From NCBI GenBank assembly GCA_964203225.1, contig CAXNMK010000002.1:801664-854426 (forward strand): DNA of 52,763 nt. Direction: 5' to 3'. The DNA comes from Kofleriaceae bacterium. Its GTDB lineage: Bacteria > Myxococcota_A > Polyangia > Haliangiales > Haliangiaceae. The position numbers and the translations under genes were made by a program. This document shows, piece by piece, positions 34,069 through 42,229 of this stretch. Each line of letters opens with the position of its first letter. Position 1 is the stretch's first letter. The notes beneath the pieces were generated by a model that was not told the origin of the DNA, made no database searches, and saw nothing but the letters and a program-made list of their open reading frames with translations.

Positions 34069-34994
34069 CCGTAGCCCCCCGGGCCCCCGAGGCCGGCCAC
34101 GGTGGCCACGAGGCCGTCGACGCCGGCGCTCTTCCACGCGGCGAGCACGGCGGCCTCCGTGTCGCGCGGGGCGATCGCGATCACCGCGCCGCCACCGCCC
34201 GCGCCGGTCAGCTTGCTGCCCCACGCGCCGGCCGCGCGCGCCGCGGCGCACAGCGCGTCGAGCTGCGTGGTCGACACACCGAGGCCGGCGAGGATCGCGT
34301 GCGCGCGGTTCATCGCGGCGCCGAGCGCGGGCAGGTCCTTGCCGAGGAGGGCGTTGGTGCCAACGTCGGTGAGCGAGCCGAGTTCGTGCAGGCGCGGGTC
34401 GTCGGCCTTGCCGGCGGTGGCGGTGGCGACGCGGTCCACCATGACCGCGGTGGTGCGCGGCGCGCCGGACAGGCCGATCAGCACGCGCAGCGGCGCGCAC
34501 GTGAACGGGCGCAGGCCGCTCGACCGGCGGAACACGCCGATGCCGCCGGCGATCGCGAGCGCGACGTCGACGCCGCTCGCGCGGCCGTGCGCGAGGATCT
34601 CGGCCTTGTCGGCGGCGCGCGTGATCACCGCGGCCTCGGGCTTGCGCCCGGCGTGGACCAGCAGCGCGCGCGCGATCGCGACCGCGAGGGCCGCGCTCGA
34701 GCCGAGCCCCGCGCCCGGCGGGATCTGGGCGTCTCCGACGAGCGTGAGCGCCGGGCGCCCGATGCCGAGCTCGTCGGCGATCGCACCCATCGCGGTCGCC
34801 ACCGGGTGATCGTCCTCGGCCTTGACGCGCACGCTCCACGCGGGGATGTCGAGGCGCAGCGAGCCCCCGGCGGGCGTGGGCACCGCTGCCATGGTGACGC
34901 CGCGGTCGAGCGCCGCGGCGAGCGCGGGGTAGCCGTAGACCACCGCGTGCTCGCCAAGCAGGATCACCTTGCCGAGGCCGATCGCGACGCTCAT
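34065..34994 (-). CDS. Mevalonate kinase (GHMP family)
   Basis: GKVILLGEHAVVYG. PPGAGLGSSAA. KLTGAGGGG. ATGA overlap with the idi stop. Confidence 0.9.
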   Translation of the reverse strand: MSVAIGLGKVILLGEHAVVYGYPALAAALDRGVTMAAVPTPAGGSLRLDIPAWSVRVKAEDDHPVATAMGAIADELGIGRPALTLVGDAQIPPGAGLGSSAALAVAIARALLVHAGRKPEAAVITRAADKAEILAHGRASGVDVALAIAGGIGVFRRSSGLRPFTCAPLRVLIGLSGAPRTTAVMVDRVATATAGKADDPRLHELGSLTDVGTNALLGKDLPALGAAMNRAHAILAGLGVSTTQLDALCAAARAAGAWGSKLTGAGGGGAVIAIAPRDTEAAVLAAWKSAGVDGLVATVAGLGGPGGYG

Positions 34995-36100
34995 GGCTGC
35001 TCTCCGATCGTCGATCGGGGCCCGCTGGCGGGCACGATGTCGTCGAGGAACGCGCGCAGCGGCGCGCCGAGGTGGCGCGGGGCACGGGCGAGGTCGGCCG
35101 CCGTGGCCGAGCCGGTGAGCAGGCACACCGCGCGGATCGAGCCGATCACCTGCGCGAGCAGCGCCGCCACCGCGGCCTCGCCGCCGGCGCGCTGGGCCCG
35201 CAGCATCGGCGCCGCCATGCCCCCGAGCCGGGCGCCGAGCGCGAGCGCGCGCGCGATGTCGTAGCCCGAACGGATGCCCCCCGAGGCGATCGTGGTGAGG
35301 CCGGCGCGCGCGCACGCGACGACCGACACGGCGGTGGGCAGCCCCCAGTCCCACAGCTCGGCGCCGAGCGCGGCGCTCGCCGAGCCCTCGGCGGCGCGGA
35401 CCGCCTCCACGGCGACCCAGCTGGTGCCGCCGGCCCCGGCGACGTCGACGGTGTGCACCCCCAGCGCGCGCAGCGAGCGGGCGGCCTCGACGGACAGGCC
35501 GCAGCCGGTCTCCTTGACGATGATCGGCAGCGGGGACGCGTCGATCAGGCGCGCGATGCCATCGCGGACGCCTCGGAAGTCGCGGTCGCCGCGCTCCTGG
35601 ATCAGCTCCTGGCCGGGGTTGAGGTGGATCGCGATCGCGTCCGCGCCGATCCGCTTGCCGAGCTCGATGACGCGGGCGGGGCCCATCGCGAGCGCCTGCA
35701 CGCCGCCGACGTTGCCGAGCAGCACGACGTCGGGGGCGACGTCGCGGACCTGGTAGCTGGCCGCGAGTTCGGGGTGCTCGTCCATCGCGCGCTGGCTGCC
35801 CACGCCGAACGCGACGCCGGCGGCCTGGGCGGCGCGCGCGATGTCGCGGTTGACGGCGGCGGCGTCGGCGGTGCCGCCGGTCATGCCGGTGATCAGGAGT
35901 GGCGCGGCGAGGCGACGGCCGACCAGCTCGGTGGACAGGTCGATCCCGTCGAGGGCGAGCTCGGGCAGCGCCTGGTGGACCAGGTGGACGTGCTCGAGCA
36001 GCGTGGACCGGGCGAAGTCGGCCTTGCCCGAGGCCGCGACCTCGAGGTGATCGGCCTTGCGGCGTGCGATCGCGGGCTCATCGAGCGGAGGTGCCGGCAC
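34991..36100 (-). CDS. idi: Isopentenyl-diphosphate delta-isomerase, type 2 (FMN-dependent)
   Basis: RKADHLEV. ITGMTGG. AIHLNPGQELIQ. IVKETGCG. GAGGTSW motifs of IDI-2. Confidence 0.9.
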   Translation of the reverse strand: MPAPPLDEPAIARRKADHLEVAASGKADFARSTLLEHVHLVHQALPELALDGIDLSTELVGRRLAAPLLITGMTGGTADAAAVNRDIARAAQAAGVAFGVGSQRAMDEHPELAASYQVRDVAPDVVLLGNVGGVQALAMGPARVIELGKRIGADAIAIHLNPGQELIQERGDRDFRGVRDGIARLIDASPLPIIVKETGCGLSVEAARSLRALGVHTVDVAGAGGTSWVAVEAVRAAEGSASAALGAELWDWGLPTAVSVVACARAGLTTIASGGIRSGYDIARALALGARLGGMAAPMLRAQRAGGEAAVAALLAQVIGSIRAVCLLTGSATAADLARAPRHLGAPLRAFLDDIVPASGPRSTIGEQP

Positions 36101-36198
36101 TGTGTCGTTTTTACCACCGAACCCGGGATCAGGCGGGCCGGCCGTGCACCCGCCGGCCGGTGATCACCGGCGCCCATGGAGGTCAGCTGGTCTGACCG

Positions 36199-36222
36199 AG
36201 CACGTGCCACGTGGCACGTGCT
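36199..36222. promoter_or_regulatory. Perfect 24 bp palindrome AGCACGTGCCACGTGGCACGTGCT, with three overlapping CACGTG cores, ~100 nt upstream of the mevalonate operon
   Basis: Read directly from the sequence. It lies in the 155 nt gap between the end of the upstream gene (36255) and the idi start (36100). Confidence 0.45.
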
Positions 36223-36254
36223 CGACCACCAGCGCCTTCTGCCCAGCCGTGCCG

Positions 36255-37932
36255 CTACGGTGTAACCGCGGGTGGGGCGGGCGCATCGGTGATCATGGTC
36301 AGGGGCTCGCCGTACAGGGCCGTCCACGCCGCCGTGGCCGCTTCCCGCAGGTCGGCGGTCGGCATCGCCGCCAGGGCGGTCAGCGCGGGGACCAGCCGCT
36401 CGCGGTTGACGCCGCGTGCGTAGCGCGGGCCGGCCAGCTCGACGTGGCGCGCGGCCGCCAGCGCCTCGAGGACGACCATCGCGGCGTAGCTCTCACCGGT
36501 GCCCCAGCGGTCGCGGTGCATCAGGTGGCCGATCAGCTGCCACAGCGCCGCGTGTGGGGTCACCAGATCGTTGGCGATCTGCGACAGGTACGCCGACAGC
36601 TCGGCGCGCGCGGAGCGGACGATCGCGCGCGGGTTGCCCTCGCCGTCGTGGGGGGCGCCGAGCAAGTCCTGGAGTTGCGGCGGGTAGCGCAGCTCGGTGT
36701 CGCGATCGTAGTCGAAGCCGTGCTGTGCTTCGTGGCGTCGCACGGTGGCGGCGACGCGCTCGAGCACGCGCGCGTGCAGGCGTGGGCCCTCGACCGCCGC
36801 GATCCGCGCATCGAGCGCGGCCACCTTGTCGCGCTGGGAGGTCAGGACCTTGCCCTCGAGCTCGGCGAGGAGCGCGGGCGGCACGAACAGGCCATCGGTC
36901 TCGATGACGTAGAACCGGCCGCGCTCGAGCTTGTCGCGCCACTCGTCGATGATCGCGCCGCGCGTCACGAGCAGCGCCGCGACCTCGGCGGTGGCCGCGG
37001 CGTCGGTGCCGAGCGCGGCGGCGTACTCGCGACGGACCGCGTCGCCGATGGTGGTGGCGAGCGTGCGATTGGCTGGCCACGTCATCCACTCGCGATCGGC
37101 GAGCGGGTAGGGCGTGCCAGCGGCGAGCACCGGCAGCACCGTCGATGGCGGCGTACTGCTGGATCTGCTCGAGCAGCAGCACCGGCGTGCGATCGACGTC
37201 CGCGTCGTGCAGGCCGAGCGCGGTCCACCGGAGGTTGAGCCGGTCCGCGCGCCGCAGGGACAGCACGCGGCGGCGCGCGCCCCCGGCCTCCACGAACACG
37301 ACCTCCTCGACGCGATACGCCTGGACGTACGGGTAGCCGCTCTTGAACCGGCCCTCCAGGTGGTAGCCGAGGCCGGCGCCGAGCAGCGCCTGGCTGAGTT
37401 CGCGCACCCCCTCGACGAGCTCGTCGTGCTCGCGCGGCGTCGGGCCACCCGGGCGGGCGGCGGCCTCGACGGAGCGCGTGAACGTGTCCACCATCGCGTC
37501 CCACGCGGCGCGCACGGCGGGTGGCTGGCCGGCGAGTGCGCGCGGGGCGCGGACGGCGGCGAGCGCGACGGGGAGCGTGTGGTCCTTCCCGTCGCGGGCG
37601 CGCCCGCCCTGGACCACCAGCGCGGTCAGCGGCGCGGCGAGCAGCGCATCGATCGCCGGATCGGTGAGCGGCACGCCCCCGGTCACGAACGCCTGCGCGG
37701 ACGGCGGCGGCAGCGGGCGCGCGTAGGTGCGGCTCGGCGGCGCCGGGCGCAGCACCACGAGCAGGGCGATCACGCCGATCACGGCGGCGGCGAGCAGCCC
37801 GGCGAGCACGGTCATCACGGACGCGCGGGGTATCGCGGCCGGTCCGAGCGCCGCGTACGCCGCGGTCACGGCCGCGAGGTCGCCGGCGTCGGGCGCCGGG
37901 CGGCCCGCGACCGCGAGCGCGGCGACGCGCAT
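36255..37932 (-). CDS. Hypothetical membrane-anchored protein (N-terminal TM, ~560 aa). Apparent frameshift near 37130-37150
   Basis: The N-terminal part is in ORF 36493..38262 from MRVAALAVAG (TM segment VMTVLAGLLAAAVIGVIALLVVL) to ...EQIQQYAAIDG. It continues in ORF 36255..37448 from TVLPVLAAGTPYPLADREWMTW... to the end. Codon reading places a 1-nt discrepancy at atcgacggtgctg. Confidence 0.5.
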
Positions 37933-38191
37933 CACGTGATCGGGTGGGGCGGGGCGCAGCGCCGCCGCGTCGCAGGCGAGGGCGGCGTCGAGCAGGTACC
38001 GCTCGAGCCGGCGGCGCGCGAGGCGACGCGCGACCGGATCGGCCACAGCGAGCGCGCGGCGCGCGGCGTCCTCGTCGGCATCGGCGATCCCCACGGCGAG
38101 GGCGCCGCGCACGTGTCCACCGGTCAACAGGTCACATTTGCCTGAGATCGCCCGGGTGGGCAAGCGACATGTTCGGCCAGGCGCGTCCGTT

Positions 38192-38271
38192 CCACGGGGC
38201 TCCACCCCGCCCTCCGCGGCAAGCCGCGCAGGGTTCTCACCCCGGCTTCGAGCCTGTTTCACAGTCTCTCA
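38192..38271 (-). repeat. REP-like element, inverted single copy, immediately 3' of the UbiA-family gene stop codon
   Basis: The reverse complement reads TGAGAGACTGTGAAACAGGCTCGAAGCCGGGGTGAGAACCCTGCGCGGCTTGCCGCGGAGGGCGGGGTGGAGCCCCGTGG. Confidence 0.7.
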
Positions 38272-39153
38272 GTGCACGTAGATCACGCCGACGATCGTGG
38301 TGACCGCACCGCTCAGGATGGCGAGGAACCATGGGTCGCGGAGCATCGCCTCGGTCGGGCTGTCGTCCTTGGGCCACCACAGCGCGAGCCCGAGGAACCG
38401 CACGATGCCGAGCACCACGAACGGCGTGCTGTACGCGAGCCGGTCGGTGCCGAAGAATGCGATCGTGTGCGGATCCACCGTGTACGCGAGGTACGCGCCG
38501 CAGGTGCCGAGCGCGAGCACGAGCATCGCCACGCGCACCACCGGGATCCGGTAGCCGGCGAGGGCGGCGCGGGTCTGCGTGGCATGGCCGGCCCGCTCCG
38601 CCCACGACAGCTCGTGGGCGCGCTTGCCGAGCCCGAGGAGCGTGGCCAGCAGGGCGGTGCACAGCAGCAGCCACCCGGACGCCGGGACCGCGATCGCGGC
38701 GGCTCCCGCGAGCACGCGCAGGAGGAACCCGCTCGCGATCACGGCGACGTCGACGAACGCGATGTGCTTGAGGCGCAGGCTGTACGCCACGTTCTGGACC
38801 AGGTAGCCGGCCGCGACCCCGGCGAGCGGCCACGCGATCACCATGCACGCCCCGAGCGCGACCGCGGCGAGCGCGGCGGCGGAGGTCAGCGCGGCGCGCT
38901 CGGACAGGACCCCGGCGGCGATCGGCCGGTGCCGCTTCTTCGGGTGCGCGCGATCCTGCTCGACGTCACGGACGTCGTTGAACGCGTAGACCGCCCCCGA
39001 CAGCAGGCAGAACGCGAGCACCGCGACCGCCGTGCGGGCGACGTACGCTGGGTCCGTGAGGTGCCGCGAGAACACCAGCGGTGCCGCGACGAACACGTTC
39101 TTGACCCACTGGTGCGGCCGGATCGTCTTGATCAGGCCGAGCGCTGGACCCAT
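38269..39153 (-). CDS. UbiA-family prenyltransferase, decaprenyl-phosphate phosphoribosyltransferase-like
   Basis: NDxxDxxxD motif (FNDVRDVEQDRAHPKKRHRP). Eight or nine TM helices. Close to the DPPR synthase (Rv3806c-type) family. Confidence 0.8.
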   Translation of the reverse strand: MGPALGLIKTIRPHQWVKNVFVAAPLVFSRHLTDPAYVARTAVAVLAFCLLSGAVYAFNDVRDVEQDRAHPKKRHRPIAAGVLSERAALTSAAALAAVALGACMVIAWPLAGVAAGYLVQNVAYSLRLKHIAFVDVAVIASGFLLRVLAGAAAIAVPASGWLLLCTALLATLLGLGKRAHELSWAERAGHATQTRAALAGYRIPVVRVAMLVLALGTCGAYLAYTVDPHTIAFFGTDRLAYSTPFVVLGIVRFLGLALWWPKDDSPTEAMLRDPWFLAILSGAVTTIVGVIYVH

Positions 39154-39157
39154 GCGC

Positions 39158-41407
39158 TCACTCGGCTCGCGCCTGATCGGGGTACTCCTCGAGCCACGCG
39201 CCGATCTTCTCGAGCTGGCAGGCCCGGATCAGCTCCGCGGTGCAGGTCGCGGTCGCCTGGGCGGCGCAGTCCATCGCGGGCGCGCCGCTGCCGGCCTCGC
39301 TGGATGCGCTGCCGCTGCCGGCCATCGCGCTGCCGCTGCCGGCCATCGCGCTGCCGCTGCCGGCCATCGCGCTGCCGCTGCCGGCCTCGCCGATCGCGCT
39401 GCCGCTGCCCGCCTCGCCGGTCGCGCTGCCGCTGCCCGCCTCGCCACCCTCGGGAGGCGCCGCGCCACCGCTGCACGCGGCGACCTTCTCCGCGATGCAT
39501 TCGGTCGCATCGGGCGGCAGGATCGCGCAGTTCGCCGCCTCGACGAACAGGCTGCGGCAGGAGTCCTTCGCGGTGCCGGTGAGCGCGTCGCAGCTCGCCA
39601 GCTTCTTCACGACGGGGCCGCCGTCCGCGCGTGTCAGTGCCTTGGTGACGGTCTTCGGATCCCCGGCCTCGTCGAGCTCCGGCGTCCCGTTCGCGCCGAG
39701 CACGGGCTCGGCGTACTCCACGGGCTTGCCCGCCGCGTCGATCATCGCGATCTCGGTGATCGTGGTCACCGCGTACTCGGGGTGCAGCGCGTCGCCATTG
39801 AGGTTCGACACCACCCACTGCGCGACCGCGCGGTTGGCGCAGGCGATCTGCGCCGGGTCCTTGAGCTTGGCGTCTGGCTGGCAGGTCGTGACGTCGAAGA
39901 ACAGCGCCTGGCACACGCCGCGCTCGTTCTCGTCCTTGAGCGCCTTGCAGTCCTTGAACGCCCGGACCAGCGGCTTGCCACGGGCGTCCTTCAGCGGGTT
40001 ACCAAGCGCATCGACGAGGGGCAGCTCGGTGACCGACACCTTGCTCTCGTCGATGCCGGTCTCGACCATGACCACGAGGTTGTTGATCGGCGACGTGCGC
40101 GGCGCCTCGGGCACGCTGACCATGGTGATCGCTGGCACATAGGTGACCACCATGAGCGCGACGATCATCGTGATCAGGAACGGCACGGTCGCCCACATCA
40201 CCTCGGTGATCGGCCGCTGGAACTTCACGCTCGTCAGAAACAGATTCAGGCCGACGGGCGGGTGGAGGTATCCGACCTCGAGGTTGAGCAGGAAGATCAC
40301 GCCGAGGTGGTACGGGTCGATACCGTACGACTTCGAGATCGGCGCGATCAGCGGCAGCACCACGACGATCGCGGAGAAGATGTCCATGACCGTGCCGACG
40401 ATCAGCAGGATCACGTTGATCGCGAGCAGGAACACGATCTTCGATTCGACGGTCGCCTGGGTGAAGGCGACCAGCTTCTTGGGGACCTCGGCGTTGACCA
40501 TGAAGTCGGTGAACGCCGTCGACGCGAAGATGATCATGAAGATCGCGCCGATCATGGCCATCGCCTCGTAGCTGATGCCCCACATCTGCTTGATCGACAG
40601 GGCCCGGTAGACCGCGAGCTCCAGGATGGCGACGTAGAGCACCGTGATCGAGGCGATCTCGGGCAGGCCGAAGCCCGACGCGAGGCCGACGATCACGCCG
40701 AACGGAATCAGCAACTCGGGGGCCGCCGCGACGAAGCTCTTGCCGAGTTCGCCGATCTCGAAGCCCTGGCGGGGCAGCTTCTTCCGGATCGCGACGAACA
40801 CCGCGACCGCCGACAGCATCCCGATCAGCACGAGGCCGGGGACCACGCCGGCGAACAGGAACCGGCCGGTGTCCCAGTTCTCCTTGTCGAGACCGGTCAG
40901 GCCATAGACGGTGCCGTAGATGAACAGCGGCAGGGCCGGCGGGAACAGCAGGCCGACCGAGCCGGTGCCCGCGATCAGGCCCATCGCGAACCGCTCGGGG
41001 TAGCCGTTGCGCACGAGCGCGGGCATCAGCACGCCGCCGAGCGCGATGATCGTGACGCCGGACGCGCCGGTGAACACGGTGAACAGCGAGCACGTGCCGA
41101 TCGTGACGATCGCGAGGCCACCGGGGAGCCAGCCCATCAGGGCGTTGGCGAACCGCACCAGGCGGTCGGCGGTCTTTGCCTCGGCGAGCAGGTAGCCCGC
41201 GTAGATGAACAGCGGGATCGTGGACAGCACCTCGATCTCGTCGCGGCCGCTGATGCCGAACAGCTTGTTGATGGCGCCATCGAAGCCGATGGTGAAGCCG
41301 CGGGCCGAGAACAGGGCGCCGAGCGCGGTCCCGCCGAGCATGATGGTGAACAGGGGCGCGCCGCTGATGAAGATGAGCGCGAGGCCGATGATGAGGAGGG
41401 TCAGCAT
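39158..41407 (-). CDS. TRAP transporter large permease DctM fused to a ~320 aa C-terminal Cys-rich extracytoplasmic domain with (AGSGS)n repeats
   Basis: The first ~430 aa are a DctM-like 12-TM permease. They are followed by a Cys-rich (12 Cys), non-hydrophobic domain and GEAGSGSATGEAGSGSA...AMAGSGSAMAGSGS repeats encoded by a 24-bp tandem DNA repeat at ~39290-39440. Confidence 0.85.
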   Translation of the reverse strand: MLTLLIIGLALIFISGAPLFTIMLGGTALGALFSARGFTIGFDGAINKLFGISGRDEIEVLSTIPLFIYAGYLLAEAKTADRLVRFANALMGWLPGGLAIVTIGTCSLFTVFTGASGVTIIALGGVLMPALVRNGYPERFAMGLIAGTGSVGLLFPPALPLFIYGTVYGLTGLDKENWDTGRFLFAGVVPGLVLIGMLSAVAVFVAIRKKLPRQGFEIGELGKSFVAAAPELLIPFGVIVGLASGFGLPEIASITVLYVAILELAVYRALSIKQMWGISYEAMAMIGAIFMIIFASTAFTDFMVNAEVPKKLVAFTQATVESKIVFLLAINVILLIVGTVMDIFSAIVVVLPLIAPISKSYGIDPYHLGVIFLLNLEVGYLHPPVGLNLFLTSVKFQRPITEVMWATVPFLITMIVALMVVTYVPAITMVSVPEAPRTSPINNLVVMVETGIDESKVSVTELPLVDALGNPLKDARGKPLVRAFKDCKALKDENERGVCQALFFDVTTCQPDAKLKDPAQIACANRAVAQWVVSNLNGDALHPEYAVTTITEIAMIDAAGKPVEYAEPVLGANGTPELDEAGDPKTVTKALTRADGGPVVKKLASCDALTGTAKDSCRSLFVEAANCAILPPDATECIAEKVAACSGGAAPPEGGEAGSGSATGEAGSGSAIGEAGSGSAMAGSGSAMAGSGSAMAGSGSASSEAGSGAPAMDCAAQATATCTAELIRACQLEKIGAWLEEYPDQARAE

Positions 41408-41408
41408 G

Positions 41409-42011
41409 TCAGTGTCCCGACCTCATCCGCTCGGGCGGAGTCTTGCGGCGAACGATGTAGTCGAGGTCGAGGAACATGTGGAGCAGCGTGTGGACGATCA
41501 TCGTCGCACCGCCGATCGGGATCAGCCACGCGATGCGCACGCGGGAGATCAGCTTGTTCTCGGCCTGGAACTGCTTCTCGTTATCGATGTTGTGCAGGCC
41601 CGCGCGGATGAACAGCACGAGCACGAACACCACGAACGCCGCGAGGAGCACCTTGAGGAACAGCCGGTTGCGCGGGGAGAACTTGCGCGACAGCAGGTCC
41701 ATCGACAGGTGCTTGAGCTGGTGGCTCGCGAACGCGCCGCCGAGCATGGCGATCGCGAACGTGCCGGCGCGGATCACGTCGTCCTTGAACGGGATGCGGA
41801 TGTGCGCGAACCGCTCGAGCAGCGCGTGGCCCGAGCCGACGAGCACGATCGCCGCGAGGATCGCGACCAGGATCACTTGCTCGGCCTTGCCGATCACGTC
41901 ATCGAGGCGCCTCACCTTCGCGGAGAACGGCCCGTCGTCGGGGTACGCCATCGGCGCGTGGAGCTCGAGCGAGCTCGGCCGCTCGGGCGGCCCGGCCGTC
42001 GCCCCTGCCAT
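41409..42011 (-). CDS. TRAP transporter small permease DctQ
   Basis: Four TM helices (ILVAILAAIVLVGSG, FAIAMLGGAFA, VLLAAFVVFVLVLFI, IAWLIPIGGATMIV). The stop lies 1 nt before the dctM ATG. Start uncertain: 42011 or 41951. Confidence 0.7.
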   Translation of the reverse strand: MAGATAGPPERPSSLELHAPMAYPDDGPFSAKVRRLDDVIGKAEQVILVAILAAIVLVGSGHALLERFAHIRIPFKDDVIRAGTFAIAMLGGAFASHQLKHLSMDLLSRKFSPRNRLFLKVLLAAFVVFVLVLFIRAGLHNIDNEKQFQAENKLISRVRIAWLIPIGGATMIVHTLLHMFLDLDYIVRRKTPPERMRSGH

Positions 42012-42229
42012 GTTCGCGCTGCCGTCCGCGCGAGCGAGCGTCGGCGGCAGCTCGTCCGGGTCGCCTCTCGTGTCCTCGGGTTCGTCTGTCACCCCCCAAT
42101 CGTAGGGGGGGTGGCAACGCGGATTCAATCAGCCCCTACCAAAAACCACCCCGCCCGAACCCCCGCGCGCCCGACGGCGGGTAGCCCTCGGGCGCGGGGG
42201 ACCGGCCACACGGCCCGGTTCGACGGTCG

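Noticed and set aside
36199-36222. 24-bp palindrome as an intrinsic terminator for the upstream gene
   Set aside because: No downstream U-tract on the transcribed strand. A triple CACGTG arrangement is more consistent with a protein-binding site
36493-38262. N-terminal 110 aa of ORF 36493..38262 (MKQARSRGENPARLAAEGG...)
   Set aside because: This part is the translation of the inverted REP-like element and the upstream intergenic region. The real start is taken at the ATG at 37932
39032-41611. 859 aa plus ORF and 39158-region alternative frames
   Set aside because: Antisense to the dctM and dctQ genes
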